Of a DNA stretch of 45,051 bases, positions 22,810 to 33,593 are shown piece by piece; positions within the stretch are counted from its first letter, which is position 1; each line of letters starts with the position of its first letter. Under the pieces are notes generated by a model that worked only from the letters and a program-made list of their open reading frames with translations, had not been told where the DNA came from and searched no databases. This stretch comes from Octopus bimaculoides (Eukaryota). A program made the position numbers and the translations under genes. The stretch spans positions 9,060,930-9,105,980 of the forward strand of contig NC_068992.1 of the NCBI RefSeq assembly GCF_001194135.2, written 5' to 3'.

Positions 22810-23456
22810 ATTATTTTAAAACCAAAAAGCTAAGTCCATTTAATTGACGTTAGCAGACAGCAGTGATCACGTGGTGTTATCTTTTGTCCTATCAGCTTTA
22901 CCTCCCCTTGCTTTTGTTTCTTCCCTTTTTGCTGTTCTCTCTCCTCAGTAATTTTTCGCCTCCTTTTTATTGTCTCTTGTCATTTTTCTCTCTCCATTGT
23001 CTTCTTTCTTCATTCAGCTTTATGCAAATGGCTTTTTAATCTGTCTACTTTCACCTCCATCTCATATATATACATCCTCTTCTCTCCCTCTCTCTTTCAC
23101 ATTAATCCCCTGACTTCTGTAACGACGAGAGAGAATTCGTTCAATGGAAACTAAAACTTAATATCTTCGCTGGTCTCTGTGTTGTTGCGGCCTCCTTCCG
23201 TGTTGGCTGTAGTTACGTACCGTTTTTGACACGCCATGCAAACAATATCTCTGCGCATGTCGCTGTAAAAGACGCACTTTTGTTTTTATATTTCACATGG
23301 GCTGCTGAGGGCTGATGGCCTGTGTTAACGGCCACACATACCGTTCTTCTGCTCATAATGCTCTAGGTGCTACTGCCGCTACTATTACCACTTGCACACC
23401 CAATGCTGTGCATTATTTAGTAGTTTCGCTCAGCTGACTCATTATTACTACCCTGT
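22810..23456 (+). promoter_or_regulatory. Putative promoter / 5' UTR region of DDHD1
   Basis: Visibly CpG-richer than the introns. Pyrimidine-rich tract ~22880-23100, CACGTG at 22868, partial NRF1-like TGCGCATG at 23252. The TSS cannot be determined from sequence. Confidence 0.5.
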
Positions 23457-24084
23457 ATGAATCCTATTACGTCCATCATCTCTTATTTTGCCACAGAAAG
23501 CGACAAAAACAGCGATGAAGTTGGAAGCGGCGATAAAACAGAAAACGAAGACGAAGATGAAGACGAAGAACGAGACATTGAGAATAGTAGTATTCGCGAA
23601 CCAACAGCACAGGTGACAGAAGACGAACACTACATGGCTGTAGTTGACTACGAGAAATGTATCGACGATAACAACGATGAAGATGATATCGAAGACAATG
23701 ACGACGATCCTAAAAATACACTTTTTCCTCCTGTTCAACTTTCCGATCCTAACTGCTCGTCGTTGACAAGTGGGGTTTCTCACTGGACTCCAGTTCGGAA
23801 ACAGCCAAGACCACCACCCGCTCATCTCAAGAAATACCTCTACCCAGTCTCGGAAATCATCGAAGAACTTCACCCAGAGGAAGTGAGATGGATGTACCGG
23901 CATGCTGGAAAGAAAAAATGGACTCCATTTATCGGATACGATTCTCTTAGGATCGAGTTCAGGTACAGAGAGCTGAGTGTATCATCTTTAAGCGAAGATA
24001 AACTAAAAGATATGATTGTCGTACGTGGAGGACTTTACGAAGTCGATGTCGTCGCCCGGAAATGTTACCCGTTGTTTTGGACTG
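23457..24084 (+). CDS. DDHD1: DDHD1-like phospholipase A1, coding exon 1 (acidic N-terminus plus first conserved block)
   Basis: ATG 23457 with in-frame TAG upstream at 23421. Encodes PEEVRWMY..KKWTPFIGYDSLRIE..VRGGLYEVDV..CYPLFW, matching remembered DDHD1 PEEVRWFY..WKPFIGYDSLRIE..VRGGLYEVDV..CYPVYW. Donor G|GTAAAT, phase 1. Confidence 0.93.
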
Positions 24085-24799
24085 GTAAATATAAATTTAT
24101 TTATTTGGTAAAACCTGTCGATACCCGAATATACCCGAAGAATTTTCTCGACTTTACGTTCGAAATTCAAATCCTGCTTCAGTGAACTTTAACTTTCATA
24201 CTTCCAGGAGTCGATAAAACGAAGTATTAGTCATATATTAGAGTCTATTTTATATTCTATAAAGTATCGTAATTGTGAATGATATTATAATAAATGACTA
24301 ATTGACCTGCCTACCCCGACATGTACACTGTTCATTCATTATTATCAATACCTACGCTCTTAACTTATTCGACATGAAATTAATTTTGAAGGAATTAATT
24401 ATCAACATTTTTTTTTTCAAAGCAAGTAAATTCTAGTAAACAAATAAATAAATTTTATTAAACCTTGCAAATGCAGTGGGAAGATTTCTGTAGACAAAAG
24501 GAACAAATAAAGTATCTAGCATTGGCGACAAATGAGTAACTGCTAACTAGTTGCGAGAGAAACTATTCTGTGATCTCGGACCAATAAGTGACAAGAGAAC
24601 CTCTACGACATGGTCATTCGACCCAAAGAAGGAGCTTCTATGAATTGGTGAATCGAGTCAATGTGGGTAGGATGAGGTCACCGAAACTAACGAGATGGGT
24701 AGTATGACATGGACACTCGAGCTAATGCAAGAGTTTAACTTGACCTCAGGAAAGCACCTCTCCGACGAGGTTACTCAAAACGTGGTCACTCAAGACAAC

Positions 24800-24958
24800 A
24801 AAGGAGTTTCTATGTGGTCGCTTGAGCGGCTAGAAATAGCAGTCAAATCGTACTTAAATATCGCCTTACTACATTAATAAGATTTGACTGTCATAGTTGG
24901 AATGTCTCTTATCGTAGGTCTATTCAGTCAGGGTTGACTTGTGCAGAACAACAACAAT
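24800..24958 (+). mobile_element. Family G copy with internal deletion (intron 1)
   Basis: GCTAGAAATAGCAGTCAAATC..TGGAATGTC..TAGGTCT..CAGGGTTGAC..AACAACAACAA. Confidence 0.6.
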
Positions 24959-26522
24959 CTAATTCTACGTGATTAGTTAATTCTACATCAAATGTGTTTA
25001 CAGTAACTCTACTCTTTAGACGTACAGGCGGTTGCAGTGTTTGTTTCAAGCCAACTAATTGTATCTGCCCATGGACACGCAGGGAAATGTTATTACTCCA
25101 ACTTATAGTCTTCTGCTAGTAGACTTATATTTGTATGCAAAAGTTTTTTGATCCTCACTCTCAAAACTCAGGAATTTTTTTTTATAATAGATACAAGGCT
25201 ACGAATTTGTAGGGAAGAATATAGTCAAATATATTGACTTGAGTATTTTACCGACATGGGAAGGATGATTTGAATTCAGAATGCAAATTCTGAATTCAAC
25301 ACTGCAAGGTCTGACACTCTACCAATTCTTCTGTATTCGAAGAATTGTAGTTAAAGTGACGGGTTTTCTTCTAGATATGAAGCGTGAGATCACATCTGAA
25401 CACTATTTCCTCTGTTGTTATCTTTGTTCCTACCTATAATATGTTTAACACTTCTGTAGTTCTTTTTCATTTGTGCCAATCATTCTCAGTCAGAAGCAAC
25501 TTTCTGATACTCTGTTTACTGTGAAATCTATTTATTTTACCTTCTTCAGAATTTCATGCAGTACAGCTCATTTGTTATTGTGCTCCCCCCTGCTTGCTTG
25601 TTTTATGCCATATAGCAAGGCTGCTGGACACAGAATTCACTGTGGTTCAAATTTCTTAGGCTATAAGACTAAGTGTTTTCAGCTACAGTCATTTAGCTTA
25701 CGTCTCTTGTGATATAGGCGCTATATTAATACACAAAAGCTGATGATGATACTATACAGTATTCACTTAGAATACCATAGCATTAGGATTTAACAAGGTA
25801 TGATTTGGACACTTCTATTAAAATAAAAGTGATGAAATCATGTCCTGTGTTTTGCTAATTTCACTAACCTAATTTATAAATGTAGAATATAACCCTCAAT
25901 TATTCCCCTTACAATTTCCATGGCAACCATCTAGATACTTTTAAATGTGGTTATCCAAACACACCTTGACATGGAGTCCATTTCTCTCAATTTCTCTATT
26001 CTTTCGCTTAAGTGTCGAGTTTGTCTAAACCCTTCTGGGCAAAGTCCCAGCATGGCCTCAGTACAATGGCTGAAAGAAGTAGAAGAGAAGATGAGAGTTC
26101 ATAAAAGAATCGCACATGTTCAATTGCCATGCAGAATGAAGAATCTGACATTTGGTCTCTTGCTAAGCTTTTACTCTCTTCATGGCAACTGAACTTATTG
26201 AACTCTTCTACTGATTGACTCTTATTGATGCTGTTGGACAACTCAAGCTATCATGATAGCTTTTCTATACAGAAATAGAGAACTGCTAGGTAGTCATTAC
26301 TCCTACACCTGAAGACTCTCTTGGATGGAATACCAACTCATTCCAAGGTGCTACTGATACTCACATTCAGTGGAGTTGATTGAAGTTATGTGAATTGAAC
26401 AAACACACAATGTACCACCAAGGCTAGGGAATTGAACTCACAACGTTATGATTATCAACACAACATCTTGACTACTAGGCTTGTGTTTTTCCAGCTGTAA
26501 TTTATAAAGGCTATTTATTGTT

Positions 26523-26738
26523 GCCAGTACCGCCTGACTGGCCTTCGTGCCAGTGGCACGTAAAAGCACCCACTACACTCTCTGAGTGGTTGGTGTTAGG
26601 AAGGGCATCCAGCTGTAGAAACTGCCAAATCAGATTGGAGCCTGGTGTAACTATCTGGTTTCACCAGTCCTCAGTCAAATCGTCCAACCCATGCTAGCAT
26701 GGAAAGCGGACGTTAAACGACGATGATGATGATGATGA
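26523..26738 (+). mobile_element. Family B retroposon 3' tail with (GAT)n end
   Basis: GCCAGTACCGCCTGACTGGC..AGGAAGGGCATCCAGC..CATGCTAGCATGGAAAGCGGACGTTAAAC(GAT)n. Near-identical to 27657, 28203 and 34708. Confidence 0.85.
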
Positions 26739-26837
26739 AGTATGAGTAATGTTTTATAAAAATTCTTTATTCCAACTGCAACCAGTTTTATTCCATCATG
26801 TTTATAGAACTCAAGAACAGCAATTTTCTTTTTGTAG

Positions 26838-27005
26838 GTGATACCGCTGATGTACTTCGAGGGATCTGGTTCTATGATGATACTTGGCAACCTCTAGAGG
26901 AAGACACTTCCATTCGTATAGAGTCGGATCATTTGGGAAAGTTTTTGGGAAAGAAGTATCCATGTGATTTTTCTGAGACAGTAAACTTAAAGGTTGCCAG
27001 ACAAG
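26838..27005 (+). CDS. DDHD1: DDHD1 exon 2 (168 nt)
   Basis: TTTTTGTAG| acceptor, G|GTGAGC donor. GDTADVLRGIWFYDDTWQPLEEDTSIRIESDHL.. matches RGQWFIDGTWQPLEEEES. Confidence 0.95.
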
Positions 27006-27246
27006 GTGAGCTCAATGATACTTTGCTTTGTTTTTTATCTTGTGTTGCTGTTGTTGACAAGCTGGTAGTAAACAGTATTTTAATTTAAGGGAACCTAAGA
27101 ATATGTTTTCTATGATACAAAACAATCAATTTTAAAATTTCCATTAGAATCTTTCATCATTATCCTATGTAAGAAGTTCTTATGAAGTTTTATTGACTAT
27201 TTTTTAATGTAGGAACCTCTTATTAATTATTAGCAAACTCCTAAAG

Positions 27247-27458
27247 TGATAAGCTGGTTAAATGGATACCATGGTGGACAAAATGCTTAGCTGCATTTCT
27301 TCTGGCTATTTACATTTTAAGTTTAGATACCACCTGGGTCAAATTTACTTTTCATCCTTTCTGGGTTGATAAAATAAGTACCAGTTGAGCACTGGGATGG
27401 TGTATTGATTTAACCCTCCCCTCAAAATTGCTAGCTTTGTGCCAAAATTAGGAAGACT
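27247..27458 (+). mobile_element. Family C SINE (intron 2)
   Basis: GGACAAAATGCTTAG..TTTCATCC..AAAATAAGTACCAGTTGAGCACTGGG..CAAAATTGCT. Confidence 0.75.
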
Positions 27459-27656
27459 TATAAGCAAATACAGGTTAATGCCTTTATAAACTATCAAGGA
27501 AGCCTGTACATAGTTGTTGCTTACCATGCTAGAAACATCAGCCAAATTTTCCTCAGATTGCACCCTGACACCTTAAAAGGTATACTACATAGTCTTAGAT
27601 ATACAATACTTAAGAGAAGGATAAGATTATTGTGACTAGAATATCTTTCATCAAAG

Positions 27657-27938
27657 ACATTCGAGTGAGATTATTGCCAGTGCCGCTGGACTGGTTCCTG
27701 TGCAGGTGGCACATAAAATACACCATTTTGAGCATGGCCGTTGCCAGTACCGCCTGACTGGCCTTCGTGCTGGTGGCACGTAAAAGCACCCACTACACTC
27801 TCGGAGTGGTTGGCGTTAGGAAGGGCATCCAGCTGTAGAAACTCTGCCAGATCAGATTGGAGCCTGGTGTAGCCATCCTCAGTCAAATCGTCCAACCCAT
27901 GCTAGCATGGAAAGCAGATGTTAAACGATGATGATGAT
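27657..27938 (+). mobile_element. Family B copy with an extra internal repeat unit, inserted in a family G copy
   Basis: Two related GCCAGT..ACTGG..GGTGGCAC units. The flanks 27505-27656 and 27939-27975 are the two halves of family G. Confidence 0.85.
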
Positions 27939-27991
27939 AGGTCTGCTTTGTCAAGGCTGACCTGGGATTTAACATGACTTGATAACTTGTT

Positions 27992-28126
27992 ATCATGTAA
28001 CATCCAAGTTCCATGCTGTCATGGGTTAGACAGTTTGATAGGATCACTAGGTACAAGTGTCTGCTTTGGCATAGTTACACCAACCACTTTACAGTGTGTA
28101 GTGGGTGCTTTTTCATGCCACCAGCA
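27992..28126 (-). mobile_element. Diverged family B copy, inverted
   Basis: Reverse complement reads TGCTGGTGGCATGAAAAAGCACCCACTACAC..AGTGGTTGG..AACCCATG..GCATGGAA. Confidence 0.7.
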
Positions 28127-28202
28127 GAAATGTTAAATTGATCATAAAAGTAAGTTTTAAAAATTAGATGTTTGTATTTTGTTAATTTCATTTTATGTAA
28201 AT

Positions 28203-28417
28203 GCCAGTACCGTGTGACTGGCCCTCGTGCCGGTGGCACGTAAAAGCACCCTCTACACTCTCGGAGTGGTTGGCGTTAGGAAGGGCATCCAGCTGTAGAA
28301 ACTCTGCCAAATCAGATTGGAGCCTGGTGTAGCCATCTGGTTCACCAGTCCTCAGTCAAATCGTCCAACCCATGCTAGCATGGAAAGCGGACGTTAAACG
28401 ATGACGATGATGATGAT
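28203..28417 (+). mobile_element. Family B copy
   Basis: Near-identical to 26523-26738. Confidence 0.85.
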
Positions 28418-28631
28418 ATATAACTTCTGAACCTTAGCTTTGACCCTTTGAAAGGATACAGTGACCAATCATAATGTCATTATCAGCACTACTTTGCTCT
28501 TGCAGTGACAAGCATGGAATATATAGACATAAATACATATTCACATGTACGCATGTGCACATACACACACACACACATCAATGCATATTTGCATGTGTGT
28601 ACACATGTTTTTTACAATATCCTTTGTGCAG

Positions 28632-28769
28632 TTTTCTTCTACCAAATCTCCTTGTCTGGCATTTCTCAGCCTAGGGCTATGGAATGCACTTCAAGATACT
28701 GTGCAGTGGGACTGAACCCAAAACCATATAGTTGCAAATGGAAGTTCTTAACCACATAACCATTCCTGC
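28632..28769 (-). mobile_element. Degenerate family A head
   Basis: CAGTGGGACTGAACCC..ACCACATAACCATTCCTGC resembles the reverse complement of the family A head. Confidence 0.55.
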
Positions 28770-28863
28770 TCTATGTTCTAAAATATATCTAAATAAATTT
28801 ACAATAGGTTGTTGTGGTTTTTTTAAAAATTTAATCTAATTTTCTCCCTTTCCTTCGTTACAG

Positions 28864-28992
28864 TTATCCATCATATAGCATTCTCAGACTGCCATGTTGA
28901 ATGGAGAAATGCTACGGAAGTTTACATGTTTAGTGATTCTACTCCTTCAAAAATTGTTCGATCTGTAAGTCAGACATTAGGATTTCAGAAGA
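28864..28992 (+). CDS. DDHD1: DDHD1 exon 3 (129 nt)
   Basis: CGTTACAG| acceptor, A|GTAAGT donor. HVEWRNATEVYMFSDSTPSKIVRSVSQTLGFQK resembles HVDWHSVDEVYLYSDATTSKIARTVTQKLGFSK. Confidence 0.94.
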
Positions 28993-29198
28993 GTAAGTAT
29001 TTAAATCTTCTTTTCCTCTTTAGTGGTTTGGTCTTGAATAGATCTAACTGGTTATATTTAGGTCAGGAGATGGATGTGCTATGCTTGGTATAAAATGGAC
29101 AAAACTTGCTTCCATATTGGAACAGCACTCTTACAATTTCATCGAAATATAATCCAATTTAAAGGCTGCATAGTAATATATTTGTTTTTTTTCTGCAG

Positions 29199-29337
29199 GT
29201 GGAACCAAACTGTGTCGCGGATACTGTAATGAAGCTCGGATGGATGACAAGCCTCCAGACATTACTCATCTGGTGTTTGTTGTTCATGGTATTGGCCAAA
29301 AAATGGATACTGGCAATATAATTAAACGATGTAATGA
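29199..29337 (+). CDS. DDHD1: DDHD1 exon 4 (139 nt)
   Basis: TTCTGCAG| acceptor, GA|GTACGT donor. SGTKLCRGY..DKPPDITHLVFVVHGIGQKMD, the hallmark HLVFVVHGIG lipase motif. Confidence 0.96.
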
Positions 29338-29428
29338 GTACGTTTCTCTTTAACATTTGTTTTTATTTTTCTTATTCATGGGTCAGTTTTTAAACATTAC
29401 CAGCTAGAAGATGTCTCTCAGTAAAGAT

Positions 29429-29560
29429 GCATGGCTATGTTTTTATTAAAAAGTTCACAATCACATGAGTTTTGGGTTCAATACCACTGCATACAACCTT
29501 GGGCATGTTTCCTACCATAGCTTTGGGTCACCCAATGCATTGTGATAAAATTTTGGTTTA
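29429..29560 (+). mobile_element. Degenerate family A head
   Basis: GCATGGCTATG..GGGTTCAATACCACTGC..ACCTTGGGCA. Confidence 0.55.
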
Positions 29561-29602
29561 TGGAAACTTTATGAAAATCCTTCAAATACATATATATATG
29601 TA

Positions 29603-29817
29603 CGAGGGGGTGCTAAAAAGTTCCTGGCTTTGGGTAAAAAAAAATACAGGAGGATCAGTTAATTATGATTTTATTCAACATATTCCCCTCTCAGCTTCAC
29701 ACTTATTGTAGCAGCCCTTCAGTTTTTCTAAGCCTCGTAAAAGAACTCAGAAGGTTGGGTCTCCAACCTGGCCTTTCCTGATACTCTTAAAGCCAGGAAC
29801 TTTCCAGCACCCCCTCG
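29603..29817. mobile_element. Tc1/mariner-type MITE in DDHD1 intron 4
   Basis: TA at 29601-02 and 29818-19. 29-bp TIR CGAGGGGGTGCTAAAAAGTTCCTGGCTTT with 2 mismatches. Confidence 0.88.
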
Positions 29818-30182
29818 TATGTGTGTAACATTTTGCTGATGGACATATTAGTGTGAAAACCGATAAACTAGCACAGATAGTCTCTTGTCACTTTTGCCAT
29901 TGGAAATGCAATGAAGTAGTGATTTGCTTGTTAGAAACCTGATACCAACTAGCTATTGCTCACCAAAAGTATGGTATTAAAATAGAAAAGTCAAGCTGAT
30001 TCAAAAGTTATTGGTTAATACCTTTTCATTGGTGTTGTGCCATAACCAAGGTACTCAAAAGTTGTTGACATCCAACTTTGTTGGCAGGTGAAAAGGTAAA
30101 CAAAATAAATTAATCAGTGCCAAACTAACTGAAAATAGGTGAGAGGTTTATTGACTTCCAGTACTTCAGTCAGGTTGTTTTT

Positions 30183-30370
30183 TTGTTGTTGTTGTTGTTT
30201 AACCCTAGGTCAGCTCTTATCCAGTTGATCAGAGACATTACAACTGTTATCATACCAGCTCTTATTCATACCTAGTGTTTATACATTATCTGGTTTGTCT
30301 TTTTTAAGAAGATAGGATTTGATTTGAAGGAGATTTGACTGTTATTTCTAGCTACTCAAGTAACACTGAG
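30183..30370 (-). mobile_element. Family G copy (intron 4)
   Basis: (TTG)n TTTAACCCTAGGTCAGC..GGAGATTTGACTGTTATTTCTAGC. Confidence 0.7.
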
Positions 30371-30763
30371 AAAGCACCTTCATTATTTCAATCTTGATCA
30401 ACTTCTTTCGTATGGTGATGACTGAACGATGATAAAACATCTATTGAAAGAAATCTGTCAAAATTTCTCATCTGAAGATGACTTCTAGCATTAGATTGAC
30501 TAAAAATTTATGTTGCATTTATATTTCTTATGTTCAGAGGTATCTACAATCAAAGAAGGGTTTTAAATCTAGAAATTCTGCATTGCACCTATTTTAATCC
30601 GGTTTTTGAAGCTTGAATAAACAGAGATTAAGACTGATCTTGATGTGAAATTTAGACATGGCAAAGGTTACTTGTTACGTTTCATTTTTTTTCTTCTTTA
30701 TTTAACTGTTGTGTAAATATTACATCCTCATACATAAACAATAATCATTTAATGAGGGAAGAT

Positions 30764-30939
30764 CTATGTAGTTACCTGACCTGCTGGAAATAGCAACCAA
30801 ATGTGCCTCAACCCTGCTATTTTAAAGAAAAGATACATTGGTCTTAGTTATAGAAAAATACAAGATAGTCACAGCTGAAATGCCTCTACTGATAAGGTTT
30901 AGTCTGCTTAATCAGGGATGATGTGAGGCTAAGTAACAT
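30764..30939 (+). mobile_element. Family G copy (intron 4)
   Basis: GACCTGCTGGAAATAGCAACCAAAT..TACATTGG..GTCACAGCTGAAATGCC..CTGCTTAATCAGGG. Confidence 0.7.
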
Positions 30940-31149
30940 CTTATAGTAGAAGTGTCACAGATGGCAGAGAGATGTAAGAAACTATTGACGGTATTTGATA
31001 CCTCTTGGTTCTGAGTTCAAATACTGTCTTGTTTGATTTTTCTTTCTTTGATCTCCTTTGTGTAAATGAAATGCATAGCAGTTCCATACTGAGATGCTAG
31101 CATGGATCTTTCAGTGTAGCCCATGTTTCACTTGCATATAAGAATAGAA

Positions 31150-31460
31150 GCAGGATGGTGCTATTGAAGAGGCTGGCATGAAATGAGAATTTGGGAACAG
31201 TGTGGAATGAACAACATAACTACAATAATACCCAAAGCACAAGTTTTGCTGAGATGGACAATTCACAAGGTTCACACCAGGTGGACCTGTGCAGATGCCA
31301 GTTGGTATCCAAGAGACTGAGAAGACCTCCTTGACAATTTAATTAAATGATTTGGGCCAAGATGGAAGAGAAGGGCATATCAAGAAGGATTCAAGGATAC
31401 ATACTGGGGTCAGGTCAATGTAGTATATCCCTGTTCCCTAATAAAAAGACTTTGAGTTTG
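31150..31460 (+). pseudogene. RTE LINE ORF2 C-terminal fragment
   Basis: 31246-31320 reads LLRWTIHKVHTRWTCADASWYPRD*, resembling the RTE motif LRWAGHV..RWT..W.PRD. Confidence 0.6.
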
Positions 31461-31658
31461 ATAGAGGTTAATTAATATTTATAAAGCATGTAAGACTTTT
31501 CAAACTTCATTTTGTAATGACTTATTAATACATTCAACTTTTACTACTTTTATCATCATCATCATCATCGTTTAACATCCATTTTCCATTAAATGATGAT
31601 GATGATTTTATTTGATGAAATTCATTTGTTGAAATAACATGGTATTTACTGATTACAG

Positions 31659-31774
31659 ACTGCGGGAATCTATAGAGCGACTGAAAAAGAAAAATTTCCC
31701 CAATTTGGACCAAAGTAATCAGAGAGTAGAATTCCTGCCTGTAGAGTGGCGATCTAGTCTGCAACTAGATGGTG
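31659..31774 (+). CDS. DDHD1: DDHD1 exon 5 (116 nt)
   Basis: TACTGATTACAG| acceptor, G|GTAAGT donor. ELRESIE..RVEFLPVEWRSSLQLDG (family motif VEFLPVEWR). Confidence 0.96.
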
Positions 31775-32616
31775 GTAAGTATTATCTTGTTTTTAGATTT
31801 TTTTTTTTTTTTTTTTTTACTTTTCCTAAATAGTTGATAACACTCACTGTTATCTGCTTAAAGCTCCCTAAAAGTTTGTAGGGCTTTGCTGCTTCCTTTT
31901 ATAAGATGGAGATAGCTTTTGTAAGTGAAAAAAAGATATATAAAAAAAACTACTGTTGTTAGACAACACTCCTCTCAGTAATTTGAGAACACTAACAACT
32001 CCATTAACAGCATTTGTTTATGGCATATGTGCACCCTTCTACAAAAATGCAAAAGGAATTATTATATAACGTAAACATAAAATTAATGGAAACAGTTTTC
32101 CCATATCTGGATTATGTTATCCTCTGAGTATTTTCCCATTATGCACCGTTTTGGCTATTATTGAAGGTACCCCCAAAAAACCACATATCTCATAGTATTT
32201 TCCCATTATGCACCAGTTTTGCTGTATTAAATTACAGACACGCACACATGCAGGCAAGACTATCCAGGTGTTCTCACTAAAGGGCAGTAACTCCAGGTTT
32301 CTCTGCTTAAATTTGTGGAAACGAATCCAAAAAAAAGAAAAACATATCTCACGAATCTGTGGTCCTATTTATGCGAAACTTGTTTTATTCCGTTTGTATT
32401 CACATTTCAGGAGTACCTTACTTTCAGAGTATTTTCCCATTATGCACTGGTTTGGCTGTATTAAATTGCAGTCAAGCACACGTAAGCAATCACAGAGTTT
32501 TAGAAGTGTATATAGATTTGTTATATCAGGCCATTGTGTTATCACTAATAACTTTTTACATCAGCTGATGCAAATTAAGTAAATAGTAATTTAATTTCTC
32601 CATTGTTCATTATCAG

Positions 32617-32723
32617 ATACTGTTGAGCTCATTACACCCCATAGTGTAAAAGGTCTCCGCACAATTCTAAATAGTAGTGCCATGGATATTCTATACTATA
32701 CAAGTCCACTCTACCGATCAGAG
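32617..32723 (+). CDS. DDHD1: DDHD1 exon 6 (107 nt)
   Basis: TTATCAG| acceptor, GAG|GTAAGT donor. DTVELITPHSVKGLRTILNSSAMDILYYTSPLYRSE. Confidence 0.96.
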
Positions 32724-32809
32724 GTAAGTTCTCTTTCCATTCAATTATTTTATGAGTAGAGTTTGTGGAAAGTTTTGAGGAATGGGACTGTATTTCAAAA
32801 ACAGAAACC

Positions 32810-33560
32810 GGTTACTGAGTAAAGATTGTGAAGATTGTATTAGGCTTACCTACTAAAGCTTTAGTCTTTGCTAAATTCACTTTAAAGCCTCTTGGTTCCA
32901 GATTTGGTCTTGTACGTCAGGAATTTCTTTTCTGAGTCTTCTATAATAGCTAGGTTGTCAGCATAAAGAAGTTCCCATGAGCAGATGGTGTTAAACCCTT
33001 CTGTTATAGCTTCAAGAACTATAGTGAAAAAAGGGGACTGAAGACTAAACCCTTGTTAACCCTAACCTTCACACTAAATTCATTGCTATACTTTGTCACT
33101 AATTCTCACTTCAACTATTCCCTTATACATGGTTTGCACAGCTTTCACAAGCTATATGTTTACTCCAAACTTCTTCAGTGACCACCAGATCACAGAGCAA
33201 AGAATCCTATCTTCTTTAGGGGTCCTTGCTCTGGAGAGGTATAGGGGCTTATTCCTGACTAGATTACTCCTATAGAGGTCTCACTAAGAACGTGGCGTCA
33301 GTAGGGTTTTGTGTTATAACTCTTTCTGTAAACTTGGTCTAATACTTCTATAGTTTGCCTTTGTCTTTGTAACTTTTGACAGTGATACTGCTATGTCAGC
33401 ATTGGGTTTGACACTTTCTTGTATTACCTTGTTTATTATGTGGGTGACAAGCACATTTCTTACTCTGCCAGAGAGTCAAAGTATCTCAGTGGTGATTCCT
33501 GGTAGACCAGGTGCCTTCCCTGCCTTCATATCCTAAATTGCCCTGTCTTCCATTTGATGG
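32810..33560 (-). pseudogene. Decayed RTE-type LINE reverse transcriptase fragment filling intron 6
   Basis: Frameshifted minus-strand translation gives MKAGKAPGLPGITTE, VIWWSLKKFGV, LVKAVQTMYKG, NEFSVKV, IVLEAITEGF and WELLYADNL, i.e. non-LTR RT motifs in the right order. Confidence 0.85.
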
Positions 33561-33593
33561 CAAATTATTAATAAAAGTGTAACTTTATTTTAG

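Noticed and set aside
23448-23903. 151-aa minus-strand ORF
   Set aside because: Antisense shadow of the GAY/GAR-rich DDHD1 exon 1; no independent motif.
24085-24185. Read-through of exon 1 to a stop at 24185
   Set aside because: Homology ends at the GT donor and resumes in exon 2; the extension is intronic.
32127-32447. CRISPR-like repeat-spacer reading of the triple 20-mer (also the 15421 and 37282 repeats)
   Set aside because: Eukaryotic context, irregular spacing (67 and 234 nt), only 2-3 units and no cas genes.
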